Positions 35,011 through 42,907 of a DNA stretch of 44,623 nucleotides are shown here, piece by piece; position 1 is the first letter of the stretch, and each line of letters opens with the position of its first letter. The DNA is from an uncultured Planctomycetales bacterium (GTDB taxonomy: Bacteria > Planctomycetota > Phycisphaerae > UBA1845 > Fen-1342): assembly GCA_964482395.1 (NCBI GenBank), contig CAYZXK010000195.1, forward strand, positions 1 through 44,623. The letters are read 5' to 3'. Position numbers and translations under genes: made by a program. Under the pieces are notes generated by a model. The model saw only the letters and a list, made by a program, of their open reading frames with translations, did no database searches and was not told the origin of the DNA.

Positions 35011-35332
35011 CTGGAAATCTCCCAACGCGGCCGGCGGGCTGCCGCCATTCGGAACGGTCAAAACGTGCCGTGTCCTCCCGCAGGCCCATAAGAATTAGAA
35101 CCCAAAACCCGAGCTGCGCACATTATAAACCCGCTCAATCGTTGGAAAGGCTGGCCCGCGGCAGACAAAAATCCTCCCCGCCCGGGTGGAAATCCGCCCG
35201 GCGCGGTAGCTATGCTTCTTCCGACCGTTCCCCCCAGCCAGGCTGGACCCACCTCCGGGAGCGGGCGACTCGCCGCGGATACTTTAGAACCTCGCCGAAT
35301 GACGCTAACCGGCGTCGGGAAAGGAGCTTGAG

Positions 35333-36262
35333 ATGTACGCAAGAGCTTGGCTGGTTGCAGCGATTCTGGCAGGCGGGATGTCCCTTGCGACGGGAGACCT
35401 GATCGAGCAGTTTGCCGGGTTCGACGCCATCTGGGAGGTGGGCGTGTCCGGATTGCAGTCGTCCTATTATGTGGACACCAAAGCCAACCAGTCGGTGTCG
35501 GGCCCGACCACTGGCTACTGGCTGCCAGAACTGGGACCAGACCGGGTTACATACCCTTACGGCATCGGCCAGGTTCCCAGCCCGGGCGGCGCGGTGGGGC
35601 GAGTATTCGACGAAGCGGTCCTGGGCCTCAAGATCGAGGGCGATAACCTGATTCTGCAACTGGCCGGCGGGCTCAACCCCCTCACCGGGTACTACGACGA
35701 CGGCTGGAAAACCTGGTACGGACAGGGCGACCTCTTCCTGGACGTGGCCGATAATGCGGGCGTACGCCACTACGCACTGCTCAATGCCTGGGGCCGGCTG
35801 CCGGATGGCACGCCGATCACCTTGAACGGCGGGCACTTCAACGCGGCCCGCTCATTCCACCTGACCGGCGGCCCGGAGCGCGGCAGCCTGGAAGGACACT
35901 TGATCCGGCTCGGCAGCGACAGTCACGTGACCATCGCCGGCGGCACCGGCGCCTACACTCCCAGCATCGCGCCCCAGGGCCTGGACCTGCGGGTCTTCGC
36001 CGCCGGCGGCCTGGACCTGGGACCGGCCAATCTGACCCATATTTCGCTGACCGACTTTGGCCAAACCTGGTATATCCAGCGCTGGACGGTCAGCCTCACG
36101 GATCTGGCGACTCAGGGCGGCTTCGAGCTGACGCTCCACGCCTCGCCCAGTTGCGGCAACGATCAGATCGGCGGCCGCTTCGAGATCGTGCCGGAGCCCA
36201 GCTCAATCTTGCTGGCCGTCGGCGGCGCCGCGGTCGGGCTGGCCTTCAGGCGCCGAGTCTGA
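35333..36262 (+). CDS. PEP-CTERM sorting domain-containing secreted protein
   Basis: A GGGAAAGGAG RBS precedes the ATG. The N-terminus, MYARAWLVAAILAGGMSLA, is a signal peptide. The C-terminus, IVPEPSSILLAVGGAAVGLAFRRRV, is the PEP-CTERM motif. Confidence 0.85.
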   Translation: MYARAWLVAAILAGGMSLATGDLIEQFAGFDAIWEVGVSGLQSSYYVDTKANQSVSGPTTGYWLPELGPDRVTYPYGIGQVPSPGGAVGRVFDEAVLGLKIEGDNLILQLAGGLNPLTGYYDDGWKTWYGQGDLFLDVADNAGVRHYALLNAWGRLPDGTPITLNGGHFNAARSFHLTGGPERGSLEGHLIRLGSDSHVTIAGGTGAYTPSIAPQGLDLRVFAAGGLDLGPANLTHISLTDFGQTWYIQRWTVSLTDLATQGGFELTLHASPSCGNDQIGGRFEIVPEPSSILLAVGGAAVGLAFRRRV

Positions 36263-36308
36263 CGGCCCGCTTAGTCGCCGTACCAGACGAAAGAAGCGCA
36301 GATCACAG

Positions 36309-36336
36309 CAGCGCCGGACCGGGCGGTCCGGCGCTG
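36309..36336 (-). terminator. perfect 13-bp inverted repeat hairpin between convergent genes (candidate terminator for the minus-strand dockerin operon)
   Basis: The repeat is CAGCGCCGGACCG gg CGGTCCGGCGCTG. On the minus-strand RNA it is followed by CUUCUUUCGUCU. It sits between the end of gene 35333..36262 (+) and the end of gene 36423..37307 (-). Confidence 0.35.
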
Positions 36337-36422
36337 CACGCATGATGGGCGGACTCGCAGTTCCGGCGTCCGTGCTGCTCAGTCAGTTTGCGGCAGGCCG
36401 CGCGATCGGGTCGGTTTGCAGC

Positions 36423-37307
36423 CTACGGACACGGATTCGGGCAAGGCTTGGGAGTTTGCTGCATCAGAAGCGCGAACGGGTTGATGTCCGAGAAGGCCGG
36501 GTACACGTCGTCACAATTGATATCACCGTTCTTGGGGTTGCAGCCCGGGTAAGTCGACTGCCAGGCGGCGAAGTTCACCTGGTAGACAACGAACGCGTTG
36601 ATGTCCCCGAAGCTGATTGTTCCGTCGCCGTTCATATCCCCGATGCAGACCTCCTGGCCGACTGTGAACGTAAGCACGGCGCCGCTCAGGTCAACGGTCG
36701 CCTGGCTGACTTGCGACATCTGCGGCGGCGTGCCGACCGAAGTCAGGACATTGGCTACCGCGTTCTCCAGCCGGAAGGTGTAGGTACCCTCGACACTGGG
36801 GGCGACGAACGAGCCGGACAGGATCGCCTGCGGCCCGGACTGGCCGATGCCGGACTCTACTATCGGGTCGGTCCCAATAACGGAGCCAGCCTGGCCGAAA
36901 GTGTTCTGGCCGCCGCCGATCTGGATCAGGTTTTTCTGGCCGGCGGTGCCGCGTTGCACGCCGATGTAGCCGGAGGGGGCTCCGTTCTCGCCCGGATTAG
37001 AGATACCGGCCGGCCGATTGAACCCGGACATGATGGCCGGGATCGAAGCGGCGTCCCCGGGCGGAATGTCGAACAGGGCCGGATTGTTCAAATCCTGCAC
37101 CAGATCGCAGGCGATCAGCGCCAGGCCGTAGTTGTCGCCGGTGGAGACGGTCACCTGGATGGTCCAGTTGACGGTGGAGCCGGGCGGCACAGTCTGGCCG
37201 GCCGAAGGCGAGGTCAAAGTCAGACTCACGGTGCCGGTCGCCAGGGCCAAGCCAGAGCAGGTCAGGCCGACGATCACGAAAGAGACCAATCGGACGAGCA
37301 TGTTCAC
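36423..37307 (-). CDS. secreted protein with C-terminal dockerin-like repeats
   Basis: The signal peptide is MNMLVRLVSFVIVGLTCSGLALA. Two calcium-binding dockerin-type repeats are present: GDMNGDGTISFGDINAFV and PKNGDINCDDVYPAFSDINPF. Confidence 0.7.
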   Translation of the reverse strand: MNMLVRLVSFVIVGLTCSGLALATGTVSLTLTSPSAGQTVPPGSTVNWTIQVTVSTGDNYGLALIACDLVQDLNNPALFDIPPGDAASIPAIMSGFNRPAGISNPGENGAPSGYIGVQRGTAGQKNLIQIGGGQNTFGQAGSVIGTDPIVESGIGQSGPQAILSGSFVAPSVEGTYTFRLENAVANVLTSVGTPPQMSQVSQATVDLSGAVLTFTVGQEVCIGDMNGDGTISFGDINAFVVYQVNFAAWQSTYPGCNPKNGDINCDDVYPAFSDINPFALLMQQTPKPCPNPCP

Positions 37308-37319
37308 ACCTCCGTTCCG

Positions 37320-39083
37320 TCACGGGCCGGTCATTCGCGGCGCGAAGTAGTTGAAATCGACCATGTCCACATCGTTATCGCCATCCGAGTCGAAGACGAT
37401 GCCGTTCCATCGTTGCGGTCCCCCGCTGCCGGAGTAGGCTCGCTGGAACTGGGCGAAGTCGAGCAGGTCTTCGTCGTCGTCCGCGTCCGCATCTGCCCCG
37501 TTGAACTTGTTTAGTATAACCGCCTCGCAGGCATCGAAGTAGACACGTCCGCTGGTCGCCAGGCCTTTTTCGATGATGTTCACGAACCGGCCGATAGCGT
37601 TGGATCCGCTGGGCATAGTGTAATCAATATATAGGGGAATCCAAGTGTTTTTGGGGCTGCTGGCGTAAATCGTGTTGGTAGCGCCACCTATGTCGATGTT
37701 TTCCGGCACGTTGCCGTACCGCCACTCGACCTTCACGCCGGCGGCGCCGGTACCGGTCAGCGGATTGCTACTGGGCGTGTACAGGTAAGCCCGGATAAAG
37801 AGGGTCTCGCCGGGCGTAACCGCCACCTCCTGGTAAATCCCAGTGAAAGACGGGCCGGTGGACTTGGCTGTGCACACACCCTGGTAGGCTGGGACGGCAA
37901 AGCAGCTCTTGCGGGTGGTCGCCGTGTCGCTGCCGAACTCGGTCCAGTTGGTAATCCCGTTGGCTCCGCCCGGCCCGGTCTCAAAGCTGGCGTTGAGCAA
38001 CTGATTGACGCCGGGCTGGCTGCCGCGCTCCGCCCAGGCCGCGTCGAAATGCACCTCCCCGGTGGTCTGGGGATTGCCGCCGAAAATGCACACCACCCTG
38101 GCGACTGTAATTCCCGGCGGAACGGTTGTGTTCAAGGCCACCTGGACCCAAGTGTTTTTGGGCTGGTTGGCGTTAAAAGCAAGATTTTCCTCCGGCGGCG
38201 GCACGACCCCATTGGGCGAGAATTCCAGCTTGATCCCGGCTCGCGAATTCTCCGTGAGCGGATCGCTGCTGGGAATCCAAGCCCAGGCTTTAAGGTAGAC
38301 ATGGTCACCCGCATTCAGGACAGTCATGTTCTGGAACAAGCCGGAGTATGCACTGGTCGTGCCCAGTTTCACACTGTAAATGCCGTCTTTGGCGAAATCG
38401 TCAGACTGCTCTTGGTCGTTGAACCCGATCCAATCGTCGATGCCGAACGGGCTCTGCTCGCTCAGCCCGGCCGTTTCGAAATCCCCATTGAGGAGCTCGT
38501 TGGGCCCTCCGTTGACCGTGAGCCGGCAATCATCCCAGTAGGCCGAACCGCCGGCCGAGCCGTTCCAGGTCCACACGCAGGTCATGCGAGCATAGGCGGT
38601 CTGAGCCGGGGCGGCGATCGGCCCGACCGATGCGAAAATCCAGGTGTCAGCAGGTGAACTCGCGTTCAGCACCGCCACCGGGTAGAAGCCGGCCTGCTGG
38701 TTGTTGGCCTTATAGAACTCAAGGATGATCCAGGCCTGGGCGTCGCCCGAGAGCTTGTCGGTAGACCGGGTATACAAGCTGGCGCTGATGTACACGTAAT
38801 CCCCCGGGAGCACGGGAACGTCCTGATAAGCCCCTACCTGCGGGTCGCTGGAGAAGGCCTTCAGGGCGTGCCCCTCGCCGCTGGGGACCAGATTCGCCTC
38901 ATCGGAGCGTTCCACGGTCGGGCCGAACCGCACCCAACCGGCGGGCACATGCGGGTCTTCGCTGATCGGCCCAGGCCCGAACTCCAAGCTCCCGTTAAAC
39001 AGAATGCTCTGCCGCGCCAGTAGCGCGGTTGGTGCGACCAGGGCCAGTAGCAGGCCGGCCGCGGCTACAGCTCGCAACTTCAT
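37320..39083 (-). CDS. secreted multi-domain protein: three carbohydrate-binding-module-like repeats plus a C-terminal dockerin-like segment
   Basis: This is ORF 37320..39131. I chose the internal ATG at 39083 because an AGGAGG RBS precedes it; it gives MKLRAVAAAGLLLALVAPTALLA. A unit of about 150 aa recurs three times, each opening with a CBM4/9-like block (ILFNGSLEFGPG, LLNGDFETAG, LLNASFETGPGG). The acidic, Asp-rich C-terminus (FDSDGDNDVDMVDFNYF) is dockerin-like. Confidence 0.7.
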   Translation of the reverse strand: MKLRAVAAAGLLLALVAPTALLARQSILFNGSLEFGPGPISEDPHVPAGWVRFGPTVERSDEANLVPSGEGHALKAFSSDPQVGAYQDVPVLPGDYVYISASLYTRSTDKLSGDAQAWIILEFYKANNQQAGFYPVAVLNASSPADTWIFASVGPIAAPAQTAYARMTCVWTWNGSAGGSAYWDDCRLTVNGGPNELLNGDFETAGLSEQSPFGIDDWIGFNDQEQSDDFAKDGIYSVKLGTTSAYSGLFQNMTVLNAGDHVYLKAWAWIPSSDPLTENSRAGIKLEFSPNGVVPPPEENLAFNANQPKNTWVQVALNTTVPPGITVARVVCIFGGNPQTTGEVHFDAAWAERGSQPGVNQLLNASFETGPGGANGITNWTEFGSDTATTRKSCFAVPAYQGVCTAKSTGPSFTGIYQEVAVTPGETLFIRAYLYTPSSNPLTGTGAAGVKVEWRYGNVPENIDIGGATNTIYASSPKNTWIPLYIDYTMPSGSNAIGRFVNIIEKGLATSGRVYFDACEAVILNKFNGADADADDDEDLLDFAQFQRAYSGSGGPQRWNGIVFDSDGDNDVDMVDFNYFAPRMTGP

Positions 39084-39311
39084 ACGCGGGTTCCTCCTAT
39101 CAACAGCTTCCTCTCGTGCCCCCAGAGCCAACTTGCCATGGATGCCTCATCAAGACCGCAACGCACCCAATAGCTTGACTGCTCGCTCACCTCGCGTTTG
39201 ATACTGGTGCCGGACCTCCAAGTCCGGCGGTCTTGTTTACGCGGGGCTAAATCCGGCCGTGGCCGTAACTTGCAGCGACCTGGCGGCTCCGGGCCCGCGG
39301 GACCGGTGGCT

Positions 39312-40169
39312 CTACGGCGGCAGGGCGTCAAACCCCTTCCGGGTCAGTCCCCAGGCATAAAACGGGCGGTTGCGATACGGATCGAAGTCGCGAGCCGTGT
39401 GTCCAGGCACGTAGGTCGGCGGGGAAGCCAATGGATCGAGGTAACGTGCTCGCGGCAGCCGCTCCACGTGGCCATCCAGAAAACCGGCCTGAATAGCCCC
39501 GTTGTGTCGCGGGACCAGCAGTTCCCATTTCGCGTCGCAGATCACCACCGCGTATTGCGGGAAGGGTATCTTGTTGATCAGGCCACCGCTGATTTGGGGT
39601 ATCTCCTCGCTGCCGCTGCTGGCGCCCCAGCTCCAATCGTTGAACCAGTATTCGGTGTACAGAACGTCGATAGTTTCGCCTGGCCAGTTGAACGGGTTGA
39701 TGTCCGGCCACCATCCGCGCTGATAGGCTCGGATGAACATGTCGTCCGCCTTGCGCACCACGTAGTAGCTGGCCCACTGGTCGTCGGAAGTATAGCTCTT
39801 GACCGAGTTCTCGCCGCTGGCCGTCGGGCACCGGTAGATCCTCAGGTCCTTGAGATAGGGCCACAGGAGAAAGATCTGGTGATACTGATAGAAGGGTGCG
39901 TTGGTGGGCTCCCCGCTGCCCTGATCCGTCCCCAGAATGTAGGGCAGCCGGTACTGGTTGTCATCCGCGTAATAGGTGGTGGCCAACGCTAGCTGGTGCA
40001 GGTTCGACCGGCAAGTTGCCTCCTTGGCGTAGCCTCGCGCCTTGCCGAGGGCCGGCAAAAGGATCGAGACCAGCAGGGCGATGATCGCCACCACTACCAG
40101 CACTTCGATCAGCGTGAATCCGCCGCACTTCCGTTCTGGCAACCGTCGCGCTGTCATCCGAGGTTCCAT
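39312..40169 (-). CDS. DUF1559-type prepilin-like protein (type II secretion/type IV pilin-like N-terminal cleavage and methylation domain)
   Basis: This is ORF 39312..40532; the 5' extension is not protein-like. An internal ATG at 40169 or 40157 gives (MEPR)MTARRLPERKCGGFTLIEVLVVVAIIALLVSILLPALGKAR, the classic prepilin leader followed by the GFTLIE methylation motif. The long, largely soluble C-terminal domain is typical of planctomycete and verrucomicrobial DUF1559 proteins. Confidence 0.8.
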   Translation of the reverse strand: MEPRMTARRLPERKCGGFTLIEVLVVVAIIALLVSILLPALGKARGYAKEATCRSNLHQLALATTYYADDNQYRLPYILGTDQGSGEPTNAPFYQYHQIFLLWPYLKDLRIYRCPTASGENSVKSYTSDDQWASYYVVRKADDMFIRAYQRGWWPDINPFNWPGETIDVLYTEYWFNDWSWGASSGSEEIPQISGGLINKIPFPQYAVVICDAKWELLVPRHNGAIQAGFLDGHVERLPRARYLDPLASPPTYVPGHTARDFDPYRNRPFYAWGLTRKGFDALPP

Positions 40170-40357
40170 CCTCACCCGCCGGCCGGGGCACGCGTTGCCG
40201 CCGTCATCTCGCACATTCTGACCGTCGACATCGCGTGCCCTTGCGGCTCTGCTACAGCAATGCGGGTCGGCGTTGTCCCACGGTTTGGGTTTCTGCCATC
40301 CTGCCCTTGGATTACGCTGTGGGGCGGACGGGCCCTGTCGCCGCGCCGCCCGGTTCG

Positions 40358-41170
40358 TCAACGTCTCCGGAGTAACAAGGCCAAACCGAGCAGCGCCAAA
40401 CTGGCCGGCTCGGGGATGTAGTACATGTTGCCAAACTCCACCCGGCCCCAGTTGTCCGGGTTGCCGATCTGGATCTGCGGCTGGAAGTAGCCGCCGACCC
40501 GGGCATCGTTTAGGATGCCCCAGAAGCCCCATTCCGGCTCGTTGGGGTTGCCCTGGTCAAAGGCCAGCGGACCACTGGAATAGGGGATCCCGTTCTTGAT
40601 CACGATGTACTCGATCGTGCCGGGGTCCTCCTGCGTCAGGCTGTGCGGGTCGTAGATCACGCCCAGCCGGATGGTCTCGCCCTTCACGTAGTTCACCGGC
40701 GGCACATGATTGTTGAAGGAGTAGAACGGCAGCCGGCCTCCGAAGGCCGCGATCTCGCCGTTCCCGGTGATGGCGGTAAACACCCCGCCGACATCCTTGT
40801 CCCACCAGGGGCCGATGTTGATCCCGCCTTCGGAGTTGGCTGGCCCGGTCAGGGTGACATCGGTGAAGAAGGCGAAGCCGTCGGCATTGTTGAACACCGC
40901 GTCGGTGAAGCCGTTCTCCGAGAGCCGGAACATGTGCCGATTGGCCCACTCTCCGCCCCCGCCATCCCCATCCAGCACCGCATCCTGGATCCACAAATAG
41001 CTGGGGTAGCTCTTTCCAAAAGTCACTACCGAGTTCGAGTCGTCGTTGAAAACCCTCAGATGTATTACGGCATCAGTGATAACTGGCGATGCCGAGGCGC
41101 CGACGCTAAGACCACCCAAGCCGGCCGCCAGGCACGCCGTCCCTACTATCCTCAGCGACTTCCTCCTCAT
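40358..41170 (-). CDS. PEP-CTERM sorting domain-containing secreted protein
   Basis: This is ORF 40358..41269. I chose the internal ATG at 41170 because a GGAGGAAAA RBS precedes it; it gives MRRKSLRIVGTACLAAGLGGLSVGASA. The C-terminus, YIPEPASLALLGLALLLRRR, is the PEP-CTERM motif. Confidence 0.8.
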   Translation of the reverse strand: MRRKSLRIVGTACLAAGLGGLSVGASASPVITDAVIHLRVFNDDSNSVVTFGKSYPSYLWIQDAVLDGDGGGGEWANRHMFRLSENGFTDAVFNNADGFAFFTDVTLTGPANSEGGINIGPWWDKDVGGVFTAITGNGEIAAFGGRLPFYSFNNHVPPVNYVKGETIRLGVIYDPHSLTQEDPGTIEYIVIKNGIPYSSGPLAFDQGNPNEPEWGFWGILNDARVGGYFQPQIQIGNPDNWGRVEFGNMYYIPEPASLALLGLALLLRRR

Positions 41171-41506
41171 TCTGGTTTTCCTCCGCTTTCCAGCTCGCGA
41201 TCTGCTGCCCGACCGGAGCACGGGCACACCGCGCGCCCGTAACCCCTCCGTGCCGGGCCAATCCGGCACTCAAACCGCCTAGAGTATAGCACGAGGTTTT
41301 CGGCCTTGCAAGCGCTTTCACAAACCCTTATCCTCATTAGTGGAAAGATGTTCGCCGCCGGCGACCGACCCGCGGCCAGCCCGAGCCGCTGTCGTGTGTA
41401 ACATGCTACACCATAACTACTTAGCATTATCGACCACGTTCCCCGCGAGGGAAAGAATCAGCGGCCCGATGCCACGCCGGACCGGCCGGCGCCCGAAGAT
41501 CAACCA

Positions 41507-42907
41507 GTGACGGCCATGGAGTCGCGCAAGTCCACAGCGAGCTTCTTGTGGGGGGCCGCCACCTCCGCTTTTCAGATCGAAGGTGCGCCGAGTGCGGACG
41601 GCAAAGGTCCGAGTATCTGGGACCAGTTTTGTGCCATGCCCGGCAAGACTGCTGAGGGTTTGGCCGGGCTGGAAGCCTGCGACCACTATCACCGCTACCG
41701 GGAAGACGTTGAGATCATGCGTCGGCTGGATTTGCCCGCTTACCGGTTCAGCATCAGTTGGCCACGGGTGATTCCGCAGGGGCGCGGGGCGGAGAACCCA
41801 TCCGGTTGGGATTTCTATGACCGCTTGACCGACTGCCTATGTGCGGCCGGAATCGAGCCGGTGGCCACCCTCTTTCACTGGGATTTGCCGGCGGCACTGC
41901 AAACCGAGCTGGGAGGCTCGGCGCATCCCGACTTGCCGCTGATTTTCGCCGACTATGCCGAGGCGGCTTTTCGACGGCTGGGGGACCGGGTGCGTTACTG
42001 GCTGACGATCAACGAGCCCTGGTGCATCGTGGAGCTGGGACATGTGCGTGGCTGCCATGCTCCAGGGGTCAAAGATCGGGCGGTCGGCTATGTGGTCGCT
42101 CACAATCTCATCCGGGCCCATGGCCATGCGGTCGCCCGGTATCGGGTGGTACGCCGTCGGCCGGGAGCGATAAGTTTAGCACTAAACGGGCCTTACAGCT
42201 TTCCGGCTTCCGAATCGTCGCTCGATCGGATTGCGGCCCAGCGGGCCATGGAAGCCTGCTTGGGCTGGTTCGGCGACCCCTGCTTTTTCGGGGACTATCC
42301 CGCAGTCATGCGCGAGCGACTGGGCGGCGAGCTGCCGTCTTTCAGTCAGCAGGACGCCAGTTTGCTGACCGGATCGATGGACTTTATCGCCCTCAACTAT
42401 TACACGGCCAACCTGGTGCGTCATGCCCCCGGCGGAGACCGGTTGCAGCTCCTGGAACTGGAACTGCCGCAGGCCAAACGAACCAGTACGGGCTGGTCGA
42501 TCTGTCCGGACGGACTTTATCAGATGCTGAGTTGGCTGAGCCGGAGGTACGGCGGGCTGCCGATCTGGGTGACCGAGAACGGGGCCGCGTTTGATGATTG
42601 CCCGGACGAGAGCGGCCAAGTAAACGACGCGGATCGCGTCGCCTATCTGCGGGAGCATATCGCGGCCGTCGACCGTGCGATTGCCGCCGGAATCAACGTG
42701 CAGGGTTACTTCGTATGGTCGCTGCTGGACAACCTGGAATGGGCCGAGGGATTCTCCAAGCGATTCGGCCTGGTGCGTTGCGATTTCCGGAGTCAGCGCC
42801 GTACCATCAAGAGGAGTGGCCACTGGTACGCCGAGCTGATCGCCAAGCGTTGCCGGACGCCATTGCGGCAAGAGCAGGCCGGCTTGCACCCGGAGGGTAA
42901 CCGATGA
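41507..42907 (+). CDS. bglA: GH1 family beta-glucosidase
   Basis: The GH1 N-terminal signature is FLWGAATSAFQIEGA. The acid/base Glu sits in LTINEPW and the nucleophile Glu in WVTENGAAF. Confidence 0.93.
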   Translation: MTAMESRKSTASFLWGAATSAFQIEGAPSADGKGPSIWDQFCAMPGKTAEGLAGLEACDHYHRYREDVEIMRRLDLPAYRFSISWPRVIPQGRGAENPSGWDFYDRLTDCLCAAGIEPVATLFHWDLPAALQTELGGSAHPDLPLIFADYAEAAFRRLGDRVRYWLTINEPWCIVELGHVRGCHAPGVKDRAVGYVVAHNLIRAHGHAVARYRVVRRRPGAISLALNGPYSFPASESSLDRIAAQRAMEACLGWFGDPCFFGDYPAVMRERLGGELPSFSQQDASLLTGSMDFIALNYYTANLVRHAPGGDRLQLLELELPQAKRTSTGWSICPDGLYQMLSWLSRRYGGLPIWVTENGAAFDDCPDESGQVNDADRVAYLREHIAAVDRAIAAGINVQGYFVWSLLDNLEWAEGFSKRFGLVRCDFRSQRRTIKRSGHWYAELIAKRCRTPLRQEQAGLHPEGNR

